Part shown: positions 1 to 11,603 of the stretch, piece by piece | Layout: every line of letters begins with the position of its first letter | How positions within the stretch are numbered: the first letter of the stretch is position 1 | Notes under the pieces: generated by a model | Database searches by the model: none | What the model was told of the DNA's origin: nothing | What the model saw: the letters and a program-made list of their open reading frames with translations, nothing else | Assembly: GCA_013140755.1 (NCBI GenBank) | Contig: JABFSF010000143.1 | Location: 3,308-67,307, forward strand | Direction of reading: 5' to 3' | Source of the DNA: Methylotenera sp. | Lineage (GTDB): Bacteria; Pseudomonadota; Gammaproteobacteria; Burkholderiales; Methylophilaceae | Length of the DNA: 64,000 nucleotides | Made by a program: the position numbers and the translations under genes

Positions 1-70
1 TTTTCATAACTCATTATTAAATCTCACTTTCAAATACCTGAATTTTACTGTTTTACTACGCAAAAAATAC

Positions 71-226
71 CTAGTTTCCTTGAGATAAAGCTCTATGTGC
101 CTCCATCTCACCAACATACTCTTCTATCATTTCAACCATCAAAACTTCTGGGCTTTTGCCTGCTAATTGAGCAAGTACTTTGATACGTCGCGTAAGGTCA
201 TCAGGCAGGTCTAAGTCGGTGTCCAT
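71..226 (-). CDS. Small ribbon-helix-helix (CopG/RHH-like) protein, 51 aa, not in ORF track
   Basis: Manual translation: MDTDLDLPDDLTRRIKVLAQLAGKSPEVLMVEMIEEYVGEMEAHRALSQGN*. GGAG SD lies just upstream of the ATG at 226. The L-x-L-P-D-D-L...LA...GKS...M...I-E-E-Y pattern is typical of RHH proteins. Confidence 0.65.
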   Translation of the reverse strand: MDTDLDLPDDLTRRIKVLAQLAGKSPEVLMVEMIEEYVGEMEAHRALSQGN

Positions 227-318
227 TTTCACTCCAATTCTCTTGAAAGGCTGATTTGGTTAGCTTGCCATTTATATTTAGTCTAAAATTCCAGCTTACA
301 CTAAATTATTGATATTTT

Positions 319-2235
319 ATGCAAAAAACCCGCAAACACCTAGAACTGCTCGCCCCCGCGCGCAATACTGATTTCGGCATTGAGGCGATTAACCATGGGG
401 CGGATGCAGTATATATTGGCGGCCCTGCATTTGGGGCGCGAGCGAAGGCACCGAATACTTTGGACGATATTGCACGTTTGGTGAAACATGCGCGGCGTTT
501 TCATGCGGAAATTTTTGTTGCACTGAATACGATTTTTCACGATAACGAGTTGGAAGCAGCGCGTAAACTCACGCACCAACTTTATGAAATTGGTGTGGAT
601 GCGCTGATTGTGCAAGACATGGGGCTGCTGGAGCTAGATTTACCGCCAATTCAACTGCACGCCAGCACACAAACGGATATTCGCACGGTTGAAAAAGCGG
701 CATTTTTAGACCAAGTGGGGTTTTCGCAAATTGTGCTGGCTAGAGAGTTAGATTTACGCACGGTCAAACAAATTAGCGATGCCACCACTTGCAACTTGGA
801 ATATTTTATTCACGGCGCACTTTGCGTGGCATTCAGTGGGCAATGTTACATTAGCCACGCACATACAGGGCGTAGCGCGAATCGTGGCGAATGCTCGCAG
901 GAATGTCGCCTGCCATTTACCCTAGAAGACCAAAAAGGTCGCATTATTGGTAAAGATAAGCACTTTTTATCGATGAAAGATAATGACCAAAGTGTCAACT
1001 TGCGCGCTTTAATTGATGCGGGCGTGAGTAGCTTTAAGATTGAAGGTCGCTATAAAGATTTACCTTATGTCAAAAATGCCACAGCGCATTATCGCCAATT
1101 GTTAGATGAAATTTTGCTCGATAGGCCTGAGTTAGCGAAATCATCACACGGCAATTGCACTTACACCTTTAGCCCACAGCCCGAAAAAACTTTTAACCGT
1201 AGCGCGACGGATTATTTTGCCAATGGTCGACAAGCGGATATTGGTGCATTTGATACGCCTAAATTTTCTGGCGAATTATTGGGAAAAGTCACTAAAGTTG
1301 GCAAAGACTTTATTGAGGTTGAGACTCCCACACAGCTACATAACGGCGATGGCGTATGCTTTTTTGATGTGCATAAAGAGTTAGTTGGTTTGCGCATTAA
1401 CACGGTAGATGGCAAAAAACTTTACCCCAATGAAATGCCAGCCGATATTCGCAACAACACTATTGTTTATCGCAACCGCGACCATGCCTTTATGCGGTTA
1501 TTAGAAAAAGAATCGGCTCAACGTAAAATAGCCGTAGAAATAATTTTTGCCGAAACGCAAAATGGCTTTGCACTCAGCATGACAGATGAAGCGGGCTTTT
1601 GCGCAACAGTGAGTTGTGAAACTGAAAAGCAAGTGGCGGATAATGTAGATAAAGCTGAAACCAGCTTGCGTGAAAATTTAAGTAAATTGGGCAATACAGA
1701 TTTTGTTGCTACCGAAATTCATCTACAAACTACTCAACCATGGTTTGTACCTGCATCAACCATCAACGCCCTACGCCGTGAAGCGGTTGAGCAACTACAA
1801 TTAACGCGCGAACTCGGTTACCAACGCCCGCTACGCCTTACCGCTACCGAACCACCCGCCATTTACCCTGAGGACACCTTAAGTTATCTCGCCAATGTGT
1901 ATAACCAAAAAGCGCGGGCTTTTTACGAAAAACACGGCGTAACAATGATTGCAAAAGCGTATGAAGCGAATGAAGAGCTAGGTGAAGTGCCAGTGATGAT
2001 TACCAAACACTGCCTGCGTTTTAGCCACGGACTTTGCCCAAAAGAAGCCAAAGGCGTAATTGGCGTGCAAGGCACAGTCACTGCTGAACCCATGACTTTG
2101 ATTAACGGTAATGATAGATTCACTTTAAAATTTGATTGCAAACCCTGCGAAATGCACGTGATGGGAAAAATTCGCAAACCTGTGATTCAAATTGGGCCCC
2201 CACAGACTGTTACCTTTCACGCAAAGCGTCTTTAA
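319..2235 (+). CDS. rlhA: U32-family protein with long C-terminal extension, likely 23S rRNA C2501 hydroxylase (RlhA/YdcP type)
   Basis: 638 aa; N-terminal LELLAPA...GADAVYIG; Fe-S cysteine motif [12 protein letters not shown]...[10 protein letters not shown]; FKIEGR. Confidence 0.8.
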   Translation: MQKTRKHLELLAPARNTDFGIEAINHGADAVYIGGPAFGARAKAPNTLDDIARLVKHARRFHAEIFVALNTIFHDNELEAARKLTHQLYEIGVDALIVQDMGLLELDLPPIQLHASTQTDIRTVEKAAFLDQVGFSQIVLARELDLRTVKQISDATTCNLEYFIHGALCVAFSGQCYISHAHTGRSANRGECSQECRLPFTLEDQKGRIIGKDKHFLSMKDNDQSVNLRALIDAGVSSFKIEGRYKDLPYVKNATAHYRQLLDEILLDRPELAKSSHGNCTYTFSPQPEKTFNRSATDYFANGRQADIGAFDTPKFSGELLGKVTKVGKDFIEVETPTQLHNGDGVCFFDVHKELVGLRINTVDGKKLYPNEMPADIRNNTIVYRNRDHAFMRLLEKESAQRKIAVEIIFAETQNGFALSMTDEAGFCATVSCETEKQVADNVDKAETSLRENLSKLGNTDFVATEIHLQTTQPWFVPASTINALRREAVEQLQLTRELGYQRPLRLTATEPPAIYPEDTLSYLANVYNQKARAFYEKHGVTMIAKAYEANEELGEVPVMITKHCLRFSHGLCPKEAKGVIGVQGTVTAEPMTLINGNDRFTLKFDCKPCEMHVMGKIRKPVIQIGPPQTVTFHAKRL

Positions 2236-2573
2236 GCTTTCTTCACAAATTCCGATTTTAACTTCATCGCACCAATACCATCAATTTTGCAATCAATGTC
2301 ATGATCGCCATCCACCAAGCGAATGTTTTTAACTTTAGTACCCACTTTTACCACTAATGACGAGCCTTTAACTTTTAAATCTTTAATTACGGTAATCGTG
2401 TCCCCATCTTGCAACACATTGCCGTTTGAATCTTTCACCACTTTTACGTCATCGCTACTTTCAGTGGTGCCGTTCTTAGCCCATTCATGCGCACATTCAG
2501 GGCAAATATACATATCACCGTCCTCATAAGTATATTCAGATTGACATAGTGGGCATTTAGGTAAAGTAGTCAT
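2232..2573 (-). CDS. yjdM: Zinc-ribbon protein YjdM/PhnA family
   Basis: CPLC...CPEC zinc ribbon; [26 protein letters not shown]; [22 protein letters not shown]. Confidence 0.9.
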   Translation of the reverse strand: MTTLPKCPLCQSEYTYEDGDMYICPECAHEWAKNGTTESSDDVKVVKDSNGNVLQDGDTITVIKDLKVKGSSLVVKVGTKVKNIRLVDGDHDIDCKIDGIGAMKLKSEFVKKA

Positions 2574-2616
2574 AATGATATTTTTGGTTTTAAATTAAAA
2601 ATTATACGTGATTGCA

Positions 2617-2644
2617 CTTGAAATACGTTAAATATCCCCCAAAT
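2617..2644 (+). promoter_or_regulatory. Sigma32 (RpoH) heat-shock promoter of groESL
   Basis: CTTGAAA (2617-2623)-N13-CCCCAAAT (2637-2644), matching consensus CTTGAAA-N13/14-CCCCATNT. Confidence 0.8.
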
Positions 2645-2670
2645 TAGCAATCAAGGCGTGCGAGTGCTAA
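2644..2670 (+). promoter_or_regulatory. CIRCE element (HrcA operator)
   Basis: TTAGCAATC-N9-GAGTGCTAA; one mismatch to TTAGCACTC-N9-GAGTGCTAA; upstream of groES. Confidence 0.9.
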
Positions 2671-2735
2671 AATGCCGCATTGCTTATGCAAGCTAACTAA
2701 TTGATATAATTTATAGACTTATCAGGAGAAATCGT

Positions 2736-3023
2736 ATGAAAATTCGCCCCCTACACGACCGTGTGATTGTAAAACGCTCAGAAGAAGTCCGCACTACGGC
2801 TTCTGGCATTGTGATTCCAGATTCAGCTACTGAAAAACCAGACCAAGGTGTTGTACAAGCAATTGGTTCAGGCAAACGTGATGACAGCGGAAAAATCATC
2901 GCTTTAGACGTTAAAGTTGGCGATAAAGTATTGTTCGGCAAATACGCTGGCCAAACTGTAAAAGTGGATGGTGAAGAATTATTAGTGATGCGTGAAGAAG
3001 ACATCATGGCGATTGTTGAGTAA
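2736..3023 (+). CDS. groES: Co-chaperonin GroES
   Basis: [14 protein letters not shown]...[13 protein letters not shown]...[14 protein letters not shown]. Confidence 0.99.
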   Translation: MKIRPLHDRVIVKRSEEVRTTASGIVIPDSATEKPDQGVVQAIGSGKRDDSGKIIALDVKVGDKVLFGKYAGQTVKVDGEELLVMREEDIMAIVE

Positions 3024-3090
3024 TTTCGGTCCAATCGTTTCTGTTTTAACTATGTCGGGGTTGATAAATCAAATCCCTAGAAAATTTTAA

Positions 3091-4743
<1,653 letters not shown>

Positions 4744-4795
4744 TTAGCCGTAACTGTGGCACTGTTTAAATGATAGTGCCACAAAGTAAGCTCTA

Positions 4796-4829
4796 TGAAA
4801 AAAGCCTCGCAATTGCGAGGCTTTTTTCA
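4796..4829. terminator. Bidirectional intrinsic terminator between convergent groEL and mscS
   Basis: Perfect palindrome TGAAAAAAGCCTCGC-AATT-GCGAGGCTTTTTTCA; a further 9-bp hairpin TGTGGCACT/AGTGCCACA at 4755-4783. Confidence 0.9.
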
Positions 4830-4861
4830 ATAAAATGCACACCGATAATTAACGAGGTTTG

Positions 4862-6124
4862 CTAAGTTCCAATCATCCGAACTTCACGCTGAGGAAATGG
4901 AATTGCAATACCATTTGCCTGAAATGCTCGCCAAATCGCTAAATAAATCTCTGATTGCAGTGCAGCACTACCCTCTTCTGGATCTGGAATCCACACAGAC
5001 AAAGTCAAATCAATACCATTTTCACCAAAACCTTTAATCTGCACAATAGGCTGAGGCTCAGCCAATACACGCGCATGACTTTTTGCAATGTCTTCAATCA
5101 GCTGCATGGCAAGCTCAAGGGGACTATCATAACTAATTTGAATAGGCATTTGTACTCGTGCTTTGCGCTCTGTAAACGAATGGTTTATCACAGGGTTGCT
5201 GATTAAAGTCTCATTGGGAATCACCACCTGCGTGCCATCAAGCTTGCGCAATACAAGATACCGCGTGCGTAAATCATTCACTACACCATAATGATTATCT
5301 ATGGTCACTACATCGCCTATTTGCATAGATTTGTCTAACAGGATAATAAATCCACTGACATAATTACTCGCAATACGCTGAAGCCCTAAGCCCAACCCCA
5401 CCCCCAACGCACCGCCAAATACTGATAGCATGGTAATATCCAAGCCAACTGCAGAAAGCCCGATAAGAATAGAAATAAATAATATAAATACGCGGAGTAA
5501 TTTAGATAACACTACTCGCAAATTCATATTAACATTTTGCGCACGCATCAATCTGTTTTCTATGACACGGCTAATCCATAAAGAAATAAATATGGTGACT
5601 AATATGGTCAAGATTGCCTGTATGACCATTAAGAGATTCACTGGATTTTTGCCAACACTGAACTTGATTTCTTCTAGCGCATTGAACACTTGTGGCAACA
5701 AACCACTTAAATGCAAGGCTAACATTGTCCAAATTGCGCCTGAAATCGTGTTTTCAAGTGTTTTTAGTAAACCTCCTGGAGCTACGATGTAGCGTACTGC
5801 ATACACCGTTAGACGGATAAATGCCATCGCCAGCAGTAGCCTGCTTGTCAAATGCAATAAGCTTGTGTGTTGCCAGTAAGCTAGAATAGGCTTAGAAATT
5901 AAGATAAAAATAAGCATTGTCAGTGGAAACAATACGCGATTAACACCACCAATACCTAGCTTCCATTTTTCTGGAGCACTTCGCATCACATAAGCTCGCA
6001 AAGCCCCGTTGATTACCCACGCCACAACACCAGCAATCATAATCACTAAAAGCTGCCATAAAGCCGTTTCCGTTAAAAAATCGGCACTTATTTCTTGCCA
6101 AAGTAATTGCGTCTCTTGGTTCAT
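4862..6124 (-). CDS. Small-conductance mechanosensitive channel (MscS family)
   Basis: Multiple TM segments, then GALGVGLGLGLQRIASNYVSG, GDVV, IPNETLISNPVINHS, IAIPFPQREV. Confidence 0.92.
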   Translation of the reverse strand: MNQETQLLWQEISADFLTETALWQLLVIMIAGVVAWVINGALRAYVMRSAPEKWKLGIGGVNRVLFPLTMLIFILISKPILAYWQHTSLLHLTSRLLLAMAFIRLTVYAVRYIVAPGGLLKTLENTISGAIWTMLALHLSGLLPQVFNALEEIKFSVGKNPVNLLMVIQAILTILVTIFISLWISRVIENRLMRAQNVNMNLRVVLSKLLRVFILFISILIGLSAVGLDITMLSVFGGALGVGLGLGLQRIASNYVSGFIILLDKSMQIGDVVTIDNHYGVVNDLRTRYLVLRKLDGTQVVIPNETLISNPVINHSFTERKARVQMPIQISYDSPLELAMQLIEDIAKSHARVLAEPQPIVQIKGFGENGIDLTLSVWIPDPEEGSAALQSEIYLAIWRAFQANGIAIPFPQREVRMIGT

Positions 6125-6145
6125 GTGAGTATCAACTTATCATTT

Positions 6146-7582
6146 TTAAATCAGAAATATTGTCGCCAAACCCAAAAAGATAAAAAATCCGCCGCTATCT
6201 GTCATTGCGGTAATCAATACACTCGATCCCACAGCGGGGTCGCGCCCTATTTTGTTCATTACAAGCGGAATCATTACGCCCATCAGTGCCGCTAGCAATA
6301 AGTTAAGTGTCATTGCCCCCATCATCACCAAACCAAGCTGATAGTTTCCATACAGCATATAGGCTACAATGCCTAGCACACCACCCCATAACAAACCATT
6401 CACTAACGATACGCCTAACTCTTTAGTAATCAGGGATTGCATATTGTGAGCCGACACCTGCCCCAATGCCAAGCCTCTCACAATCATCGTCGTCGTTTGG
6501 TTGCCTGAATTTCCACCTATACCAGCAACGATAGGCATCAACGCTGCAAGTGCTACAATTTTTTCAATTGATCCCTCAAACATACCAATAACGCGTGAGG
6601 CAACTAAAGCGGTCACCAAGTTAAGTGCCAGCCATGCCCAACGGTTCTGAACAGACTTCCAAACTGAAGCAAAGAAGTCTTCTTCTTCGCGCAAGCCAGC
6701 CATCGACAGCATGTCACTTTCCGCTTCTTCACGAATTAAATCCATAACAGCATCCACGGTAACTCTACCAATGAGCTTGTTGTTTACATCCACAACTGGA
6801 GCTGTAACTAAATCATAACGCTCAAATGCCTTTGCGGCCTCATCAGCAATATCTTCTGGGTGGAACACTACCGCATCTGCTGACATAACATCTGCAACAT
6901 TGTCATCTAAATCGCTGACTACTAGACGCGTAAGTGGTAACACGCCACGCAATATGTCATTTCTATCTACAACAAATAGTTTATCTGTGTGATCTGGTAA
7001 GCCGCCTAGACGACGCATATATCGTAAAGCCACCTCAAGTGTAATATCTTCCCGGATTGTGACAATATCAAAGTCCATAATAGAGCCAACAGCATCGTCA
7101 GAGTATGACAGAGCAGACTGCAAACGCGCTCGATTTTGAGCATCTAGGCTGTCCAGTAAATCTTGGAAAACATCTTTTGGAAGATCTGGTGCTAAGTCTG
7201 CAAGTTCATCGGTATCGAGTTGCTCTGCGGCGGCAAGCAACTCTTCTGAGTCCATATCAGCAATAAGCGTTTGCCGCACTGCATCAGACACTTCAAGAAG
7301 GATCTCACCATCCCGCTCTGCTTTAACTAACTCCCAAACATCCAAACGTTCTTCTAGTGGTAGTGCTTCTAAAATATACGCAACGTCAGCTGGGTGTAAA
7401 AGTTCTAATTTTTTTTGTAGCTCAACTAGATTTTGCTTATGAACTAAGAGCTCGACACGTTCATGATTAAGCATCTCTTGACTATGCACCAAGTGCTCTA
7501 CAAGCCTATGTTTATCCAATAGTAAAATGACCTGTTGCAGGCTTTCACTTAAGCTTTCTTTGGATTCTTGTATATCTGCCAT
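6146..7582 (-). CDS. mgtE: Magnesium transporter MgtE
   Basis: HPADVA N-domain, CBS pair, MPIVAGIGGNSGNQT, DPAVGSSVLITAMTD. Confidence 0.95.
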   Translation of the reverse strand: MADIQESKESLSESLQQVILLLDKHRLVEHLVHSQEMLNHERVELLVHKQNLVELQKKLELLHPADVAYILEALPLEERLDVWELVKAERDGEILLEVSDAVRQTLIADMDSEELLAAAEQLDTDELADLAPDLPKDVFQDLLDSLDAQNRARLQSALSYSDDAVGSIMDFDIVTIREDITLEVALRYMRRLGGLPDHTDKLFVVDRNDILRGVLPLTRLVVSDLDDNVADVMSADAVVFHPEDIADEAAKAFERYDLVTAPVVDVNNKLIGRVTVDAVMDLIREEAESDMLSMAGLREEEDFFASVWKSVQNRWAWLALNLVTALVASRVIGMFEGSIEKIVALAALMPIVAGIGGNSGNQTTTMIVRGLALGQVSAHNMQSLITKELGVSLVNGLLWGGVLGIVAYMLYGNYQLGLVMMGAMTLNLLLAALMGVMIPLVMNKIGRDPAVGSSVLITAMTDSGGFFIFLGLATIFLI

Positions 7583-7735
7583 ATTGACCTGTATATGATA
7601 TTAGCAAAGGCATTGATAATTTTTTCAATGCGTCATTATGATTTATTTTTAATAAAACCTATACCATTAAATCATGTTTCATCTAAACTTAAATACTAGA
7701 AAAATTAAACGTCATCTTCACTACATTAGGTTTAC

Positions 7736-7975
7736 ATGATTAAATTAAACTTATATTACACGTCTCACTGCCATTTATGTGATCTGGCAGAGTCAATTCT
7801 TGCCAGCCTATCTTCAGAACATGATATTAGTTGGATATTGATTGAAATTGTAGATAGCGATGAACTACTCGCTAAATACAGCACACGTATTCCAGTCATT
7901 GAGCGACTAGATAACCAAACAGAAATTCAATGGCCATTTACCACACCTGAACTAATACAATTTTTGGTCATATAG
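7736..7975 (+). CDS. Glutaredoxin-like protein (DUF836-type, CxxC)
   Basis: YYTSHCHLC...RIPVIE...WPF; 79 aa thioredoxin-fold pattern. Confidence 0.8.
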   Translation: MIKLNLYYTSHCHLCDLAESILASLSSEHDISWILIEIVDSDELLAKYSTRIPVIERLDNQTEIQWPFTTPELIQFLVI

Positions 7976-7977
7976 AG

Positions 7978-8009
7978 TGAAAAAAGCCAGCATACAGCTG
8001 GCTTTTTCA
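7978..8009. terminator. Bidirectional intrinsic terminator at end of alpha operon
   Basis: TGAAAAAAGCCAGC-ATACA-GCTGGCTTTTTCA. Confidence 0.85.
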
Positions 8010-8028
8010 AGTTGTAACTCAGAAAAAA

Positions 8029-8418
8029 CTACTCAGCAACTATAGCCTCTGTTGCAGTATCTGGACGATCCACCAACTCAACTAATGCCATTGGTGCATT
8101 ATCACCATTGCGAAAGCCGCATTTCAAAATACGTAAGTAGCCGCCATTACGTGTATTGTAACGAGGACCAAGTTCACCGAATAACTTACCAACGATATCA
8201 CGATCACGTGTACGATCAAACGCTAAACGACGATTAGCCAATGTAGCTGTTTTACTTAATGTGATTAAAGGCTCGACGAACTTACGTAACTCTTTTGCTT
8301 TAGGTAAGGTTGTTTTAATGATTTCGTGATTTAGCAATGACACGGTCATGTTACGAAACATGGCTGCGCGATGGCTACTAGTACGATTTAATTTGCGATT
8401 GCTATTACCGTGACGCAT
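8029..8418 (-). CDS. rplQ: 50S ribosomal protein L17
   Basis: [23 protein letters not shown]...GGYLRILK. Confidence 0.99.
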   Translation of the reverse strand: MRHGNSNRKLNRTSSHRAAMFRNMTVSLLNHEIIKTTLPKAKELRKFVEPLITLSKTATLANRRLAFDRTRDRDIVGKLFGELGPRYNTRNGGYLRILKCGFRNGDNAPMALVELVDRPDTATEAIVAE

Positions 8419-8459
8419 AGTAATTCCTTAATTTTTAACTTAAATAGTCAGCTTGTAAA

Positions 8460-9446
8460 TCAAGCTTTTTCCAAACCAACAGGTGGCCAATTTTCTAATT
8501 TCATGCCTAATGTTAAGCCACGAGTAGCTAGAACATCTTTAATTTCATTCAGTGACTTACGACCCAAATTAGGTGCTTTTAACAACTCATTTTCTGTACG
8601 TTGAATCAAATCACCAATGTAAAATATATTTTCTGCTTTTAAGCAATTTGCTGATCGAACAGTCAACTCTAAGTCATCTACTGGACGCAACAACACAGGA
8701 TCAACTTGTGGAGCTGATTTAACTTCAACCTCACTAGGTGCACCTTCTAAATCAGCAAATACTGATAATTGCCCCATTAAAATACGAGCTGCATCGCGAA
8801 TCGCCTGCTCTGGCTCAATGATGCCATTGGTTTCGACGTCCATAATCAGCTTATCTAAATCTGTACGTTGCTCGACACGGGCACTATCAACATAGTAACT
8901 AACTTTATTGATAGGACTAAAAGAAGCATCCACCATAATAAAGCCTAAAACACGGTCTTCATCATTCGCTTTCTGGCGTTGTGGAACTGGCTGATAGCCA
9001 CGACCCATTTCAACTTTAACTTCTAAGTCAATTTTACCACCCTTAGTCAAGCGAGCAATCACATGATTCGGGTTGATAATTTCAGCATCATGACCAGTGT
9101 CAAAATCACCTGCGGTCACAACGCCTTCAACTGATTTACTCAACTTCAGAATTGTTTCTGATTTTGAATTCAACTTAAGTGCTACACCCTTAAGATTCAA
9201 CAAAATATCAACCACATCCTCTTGCACACCATCTAATGTTGAGTATTCATGAACGACACCATCAATTTTAACTTCAGTAATAGCGAAGCCTGGAATTGAC
9301 GACAATAAAACGCGACGCAAGGCATTGCCTAATGTGTAACCAAAACCACGCTCCATCGGCTCTAGCGTTACACGCGCACGTAATGGTGACAACACTTCAA
9401 CATCTACTACACGTGGCTTTAAGTATTCGGTAGGACTGTTTTGCAT
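8460..9446 (-). CDS. rpoA: RNA polymerase alpha subunit
   Basis: [22 protein letters not shown]; [12 protein letters not shown]; PNLGRKSL. Confidence 0.99.
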   Translation of the reverse strand: MQNSPTEYLKPRVVDVEVLSPLRARVTLEPMERGFGYTLGNALRRVLLSSIPGFAITEVKIDGVVHEYSTLDGVQEDVVDILLNLKGVALKLNSKSETILKLSKSVEGVVTAGDFDTGHDAEIINPNHVIARLTKGGKIDLEVKVEMGRGYQPVPQRQKANDEDRVLGFIMVDASFSPINKVSYYVDSARVEQRTDLDKLIMDVETNGIIEPEQAIRDAARILMGQLSVFADLEGAPSEVEVKSAPQVDPVLLRPVDDLELTVRSANCLKAENIFYIGDLIQRTENELLKAPNLGRKSLNEIKDVLATRGLTLGMKLENWPPVGLEKA

Positions 9447-9549
9447 AGTTATACCTTTAAATTTTTATACAATCATTCGAGCATCAATGCTCACAAGCAA
9501 CCCCACTAGACCAGCCTATGAGGTTAGCCTAGTAGATTAAATTACTTAA

Positions 9550-10179
9550 TTATTTTGAGTAAAGCTCAACAACCAATGATTCATTGATTGTTGGTGGAAG
9601 CTCATCGCGCTGAGGTTTGGCTTTAAACGTACCTTTTAATGCCTTCACATCAACTTCAATCCACTCAGGAAAACCACGTTGAGCAGCAGCTTCTAATGCG
9701 CCTTTAATACGCAATTGTGATTTAGCCGCCTCTGCAACACTGATCACATCCCCTGCTTTAACTTGGTATGAAGGAATATTGACACGCTTGCCATTAACCA
9801 AGATACTGTTATGACGAACAATTTGACGGGCTTCAGTACGAGAACCACCCAAACCCATTCTATAGGCAACGTTATCTAAACGGCACTCCAATAATTGCAA
9901 CAAGTTCTCACCTGTAATACCTTTTTGGCGATCAGCTTCAGCGTAATAACTACGGAACTGAGCCTCAAGCACACCGTAAATACGACGCACTTTTTGTTTT
10001 TCACGCAACTGAACACCATAATCAGACAAACGTTGGTTACGACGTTGACCATGCTGACCAGGTGGGAAGTTACGTTTTTCAATTGCACACTTATCCGTGA
10101 AGCATTTTTCTGCTTTTAAGAACAGTTTTTCGCCTTCACGACGACACTGACGGCATTTAGGGTCTAAATTTCTAGCCAA
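9550..10179 (-). CDS. rpsD: 30S ribosomal protein S4 (TTG start)
   Basis: [15 protein letters not shown]...[12 protein letters not shown]...LECRLDN; GGAG SD then TTG at 10179. Confidence 0.99.
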   Translation of the reverse strand: MARNLDPKCRQCRREGEKLFLKAEKCFTDKCAIEKRNFPPGQHGQRRNQRLSDYGVQLREKQKVRRIYGVLEAQFRSYYAEADRQKGITGENLLQLLECRLDNVAYRMGLGGSRTEARQIVRHNSILVNGKRVNIPSYQVKAGDVISVAEAAKSQLRIKGALEAAAQRGFPEWIEVDVKALKGTFKAKPQRDELPPTINESLVVELYSK

Positions 10180-10205
10180 GATAGTTCTCCAGTAATCTTT
10201 TGCGC

Positions 10206-10595
10206 TTAAATGCGACGTTTTTTAGGTGGACGGCAGCCGTTATGCGGCACTGGCGTCACATCAGTAATGCTGGTAATTTTAAAACCAGCTGCATTAAGTG
10301 CGCGCACAGCAGATTCACGACCTGGACCTGGACCTTTAATACGCACTTCTAAGTTTTTAACACCACTTTCTTGGGCTGACTTGCCAGCAACTTCAGCTGC
10401 CACTTGAGCAGCAAATGGGGTACTTTTCCTCGAGCCCTTAAAGCCCTGACCACCTGAAGTTGCCCATGACAAAGCGTTGCCTTGACGGTCAGTAATGGTG
10501 ATGATGGTATTGTTAAAAGAAGCATGCACGTGGGCGATACCCTCTGCAATATTCTTTTTAACTTTTTTTCTTACGCGTACATTAGCTTTTGCCAT
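10206..10595 (-). CDS. rpsK: 30S ribosomal protein S11
   Basis: HASFNNTI...KGPGPGRES...[17 protein letters not shown]. Confidence 0.99.
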   Translation of the reverse strand: MAKANVRVRKKVKKNIAEGIAHVHASFNNTIITITDRQGNALSWATSGGQGFKGSRKSTPFAAQVAAEVAGKSAQESGVKNLEVRIKGPGPGRESAVRALNAAGFKITSITDVTPVPHNGCRPPKKRRI

Positions 10596-10670
10596 GTTGC
10601 ACTTTCCTTACCAATAAATCTTACTAAAATTTGTAAACTATCTAATCTTTATATCAACCAACTGATAGGA

Positions 10671-11033
10671 TTATTTAGATTGTTTAATCGCTTTAACTGG
10701 ACCCTTGCGAGTACGAGCATTTGTTTTTGTACGTTGACCGCGCACTGGTAAACCACGGCGATGACGAACACCGCGATAGCATCCCAAATCCATTAAGCGC
10801 TTGATGTTCATTGACACCTCACGACGCAAATCACCTTCAACTTTGAAGTTAGCAACTTCGTCACGGAGCTTTTCAACATCCGCATCATTTAAATCTTTCA
10901 TTTTTGCAGTTGGCTGAACGCCAGCTGCGGCACAAATTTTTTGTGCCGTATTACGACCAATTCCATAAATTGCTGTTAATGCAATTTCGGTGTGTTTATT
11001 ATTAGGGATATTCACCCCTGCAATACGCGCCAT
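10671..11033 (-). CDS. rpsM: 30S ribosomal protein S13
   Basis: [10 protein letters not shown]...[22 protein letters not shown]. Confidence 0.99.
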   Translation of the reverse strand: MARIAGVNIPNNKHTEIALTAIYGIGRNTAQKICAAAGVQPTAKMKDLNDADVEKLRDEVANFKVEGDLRREVSMNIKRLMDLGCYRGVRHRRGLPVRGQRTKTNARTRKGPVKAIKQSK

Positions 11034-11086
11034 ACTTTACTCCAAATTAGGCTTACCTAAAATCTCTTGCTTTAAAAAAGCCGATG

Positions 11087-11115
11087 ATTCTAACAGGAAA
11101 ACCATTTTTTATCAA
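11087..11115 (-). promoter_or_regulatory. Putative sigma70 promoter of alpha operon
   Basis: TTGATA (11115-11110)-N17-TAGAAT (11092-11087) upstream of rpsM. Confidence 0.65.
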
Positions 11116-11206
11116 ATTATGAAATCTTCTGATCAAATGAATACTTTTGACCAACTTTTAGCAACCTTGATACTGTTACTAATATAAGGCTATTGATAAC
11201 AATCAA

Positions 11207-11320
11207 TTAACCTTGACGTTGTTTATGACGTGGATCAGTACAAATGATACGCACTACGCCACGACGGCGAACAACTTTACAATTACGGCATAAAGCCTTT
11301 ACTGATGCACGAACTCTCAT
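11207..11320 (-). CDS. rpmJ: 50S ribosomal protein L36 (zinc-binding C+ form), not in ORF track
   Basis: Manual translation [37 protein letters not shown]; GGAG SD. Confidence 0.98.
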   Translation of the reverse strand: MRVRASVKALCRNCKVVRRRGVVRIICTDPRHKQRQG

Positions 11321-11373
11321 ATTTCACTCCATTACTTCTTAAACTGTGTGTATTAAAATGCCACTTATTAAAT

Positions 11374-11592
11374 TTACTTAGCGCGGAATGTAATTCTTGC
11401 GCGGGATAAATCATAAGGTGTCATCTCTACGGTAACTTTATCCCCTGGTAAAATACGAATATAGTGCATGCGCATTTTTCCAGAAATATAACCTAAAACT
11501 ACGTGCCCATTTTCCAACTTAACTCTAAACGTTGCATTTGGCAGATTCTCTAAAATCTCACCTTGCATTTCAATTCTGTCTTCTTTAGCCAT
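11374..11592 (-). CDS. infA: Translation initiation factor IF-1
   Basis: [30 protein letters not shown]...[18 protein letters not shown]. Confidence 0.99.
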   Translation of the reverse strand: MAKEDRIEMQGEILENLPNATFRVKLENGHVVLGYISGKMRMHYIRILPGDKVTVEMTPYDLSRARITFRAK

Positions 11593-11603
11593 CTTAAATC
11601 TGA

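Noticed and set aside
2711-3034. 107-aa minus-strand ORF, and similar antisense ORFs over groEL, tuf, fusA, rpoBC, hisF, murA etc.
   Set aside because: Shadow frames opposite highly biased conserved genes; no recognisable motifs or SDs
7583-7735. Possible Mg2+ riboswitch or leader peptide upstream of mgtE
   Set aside because: Short AT-rich divergent spacer with only a 7-bp hairpin; no M-box-like or Pro-rich leader seen
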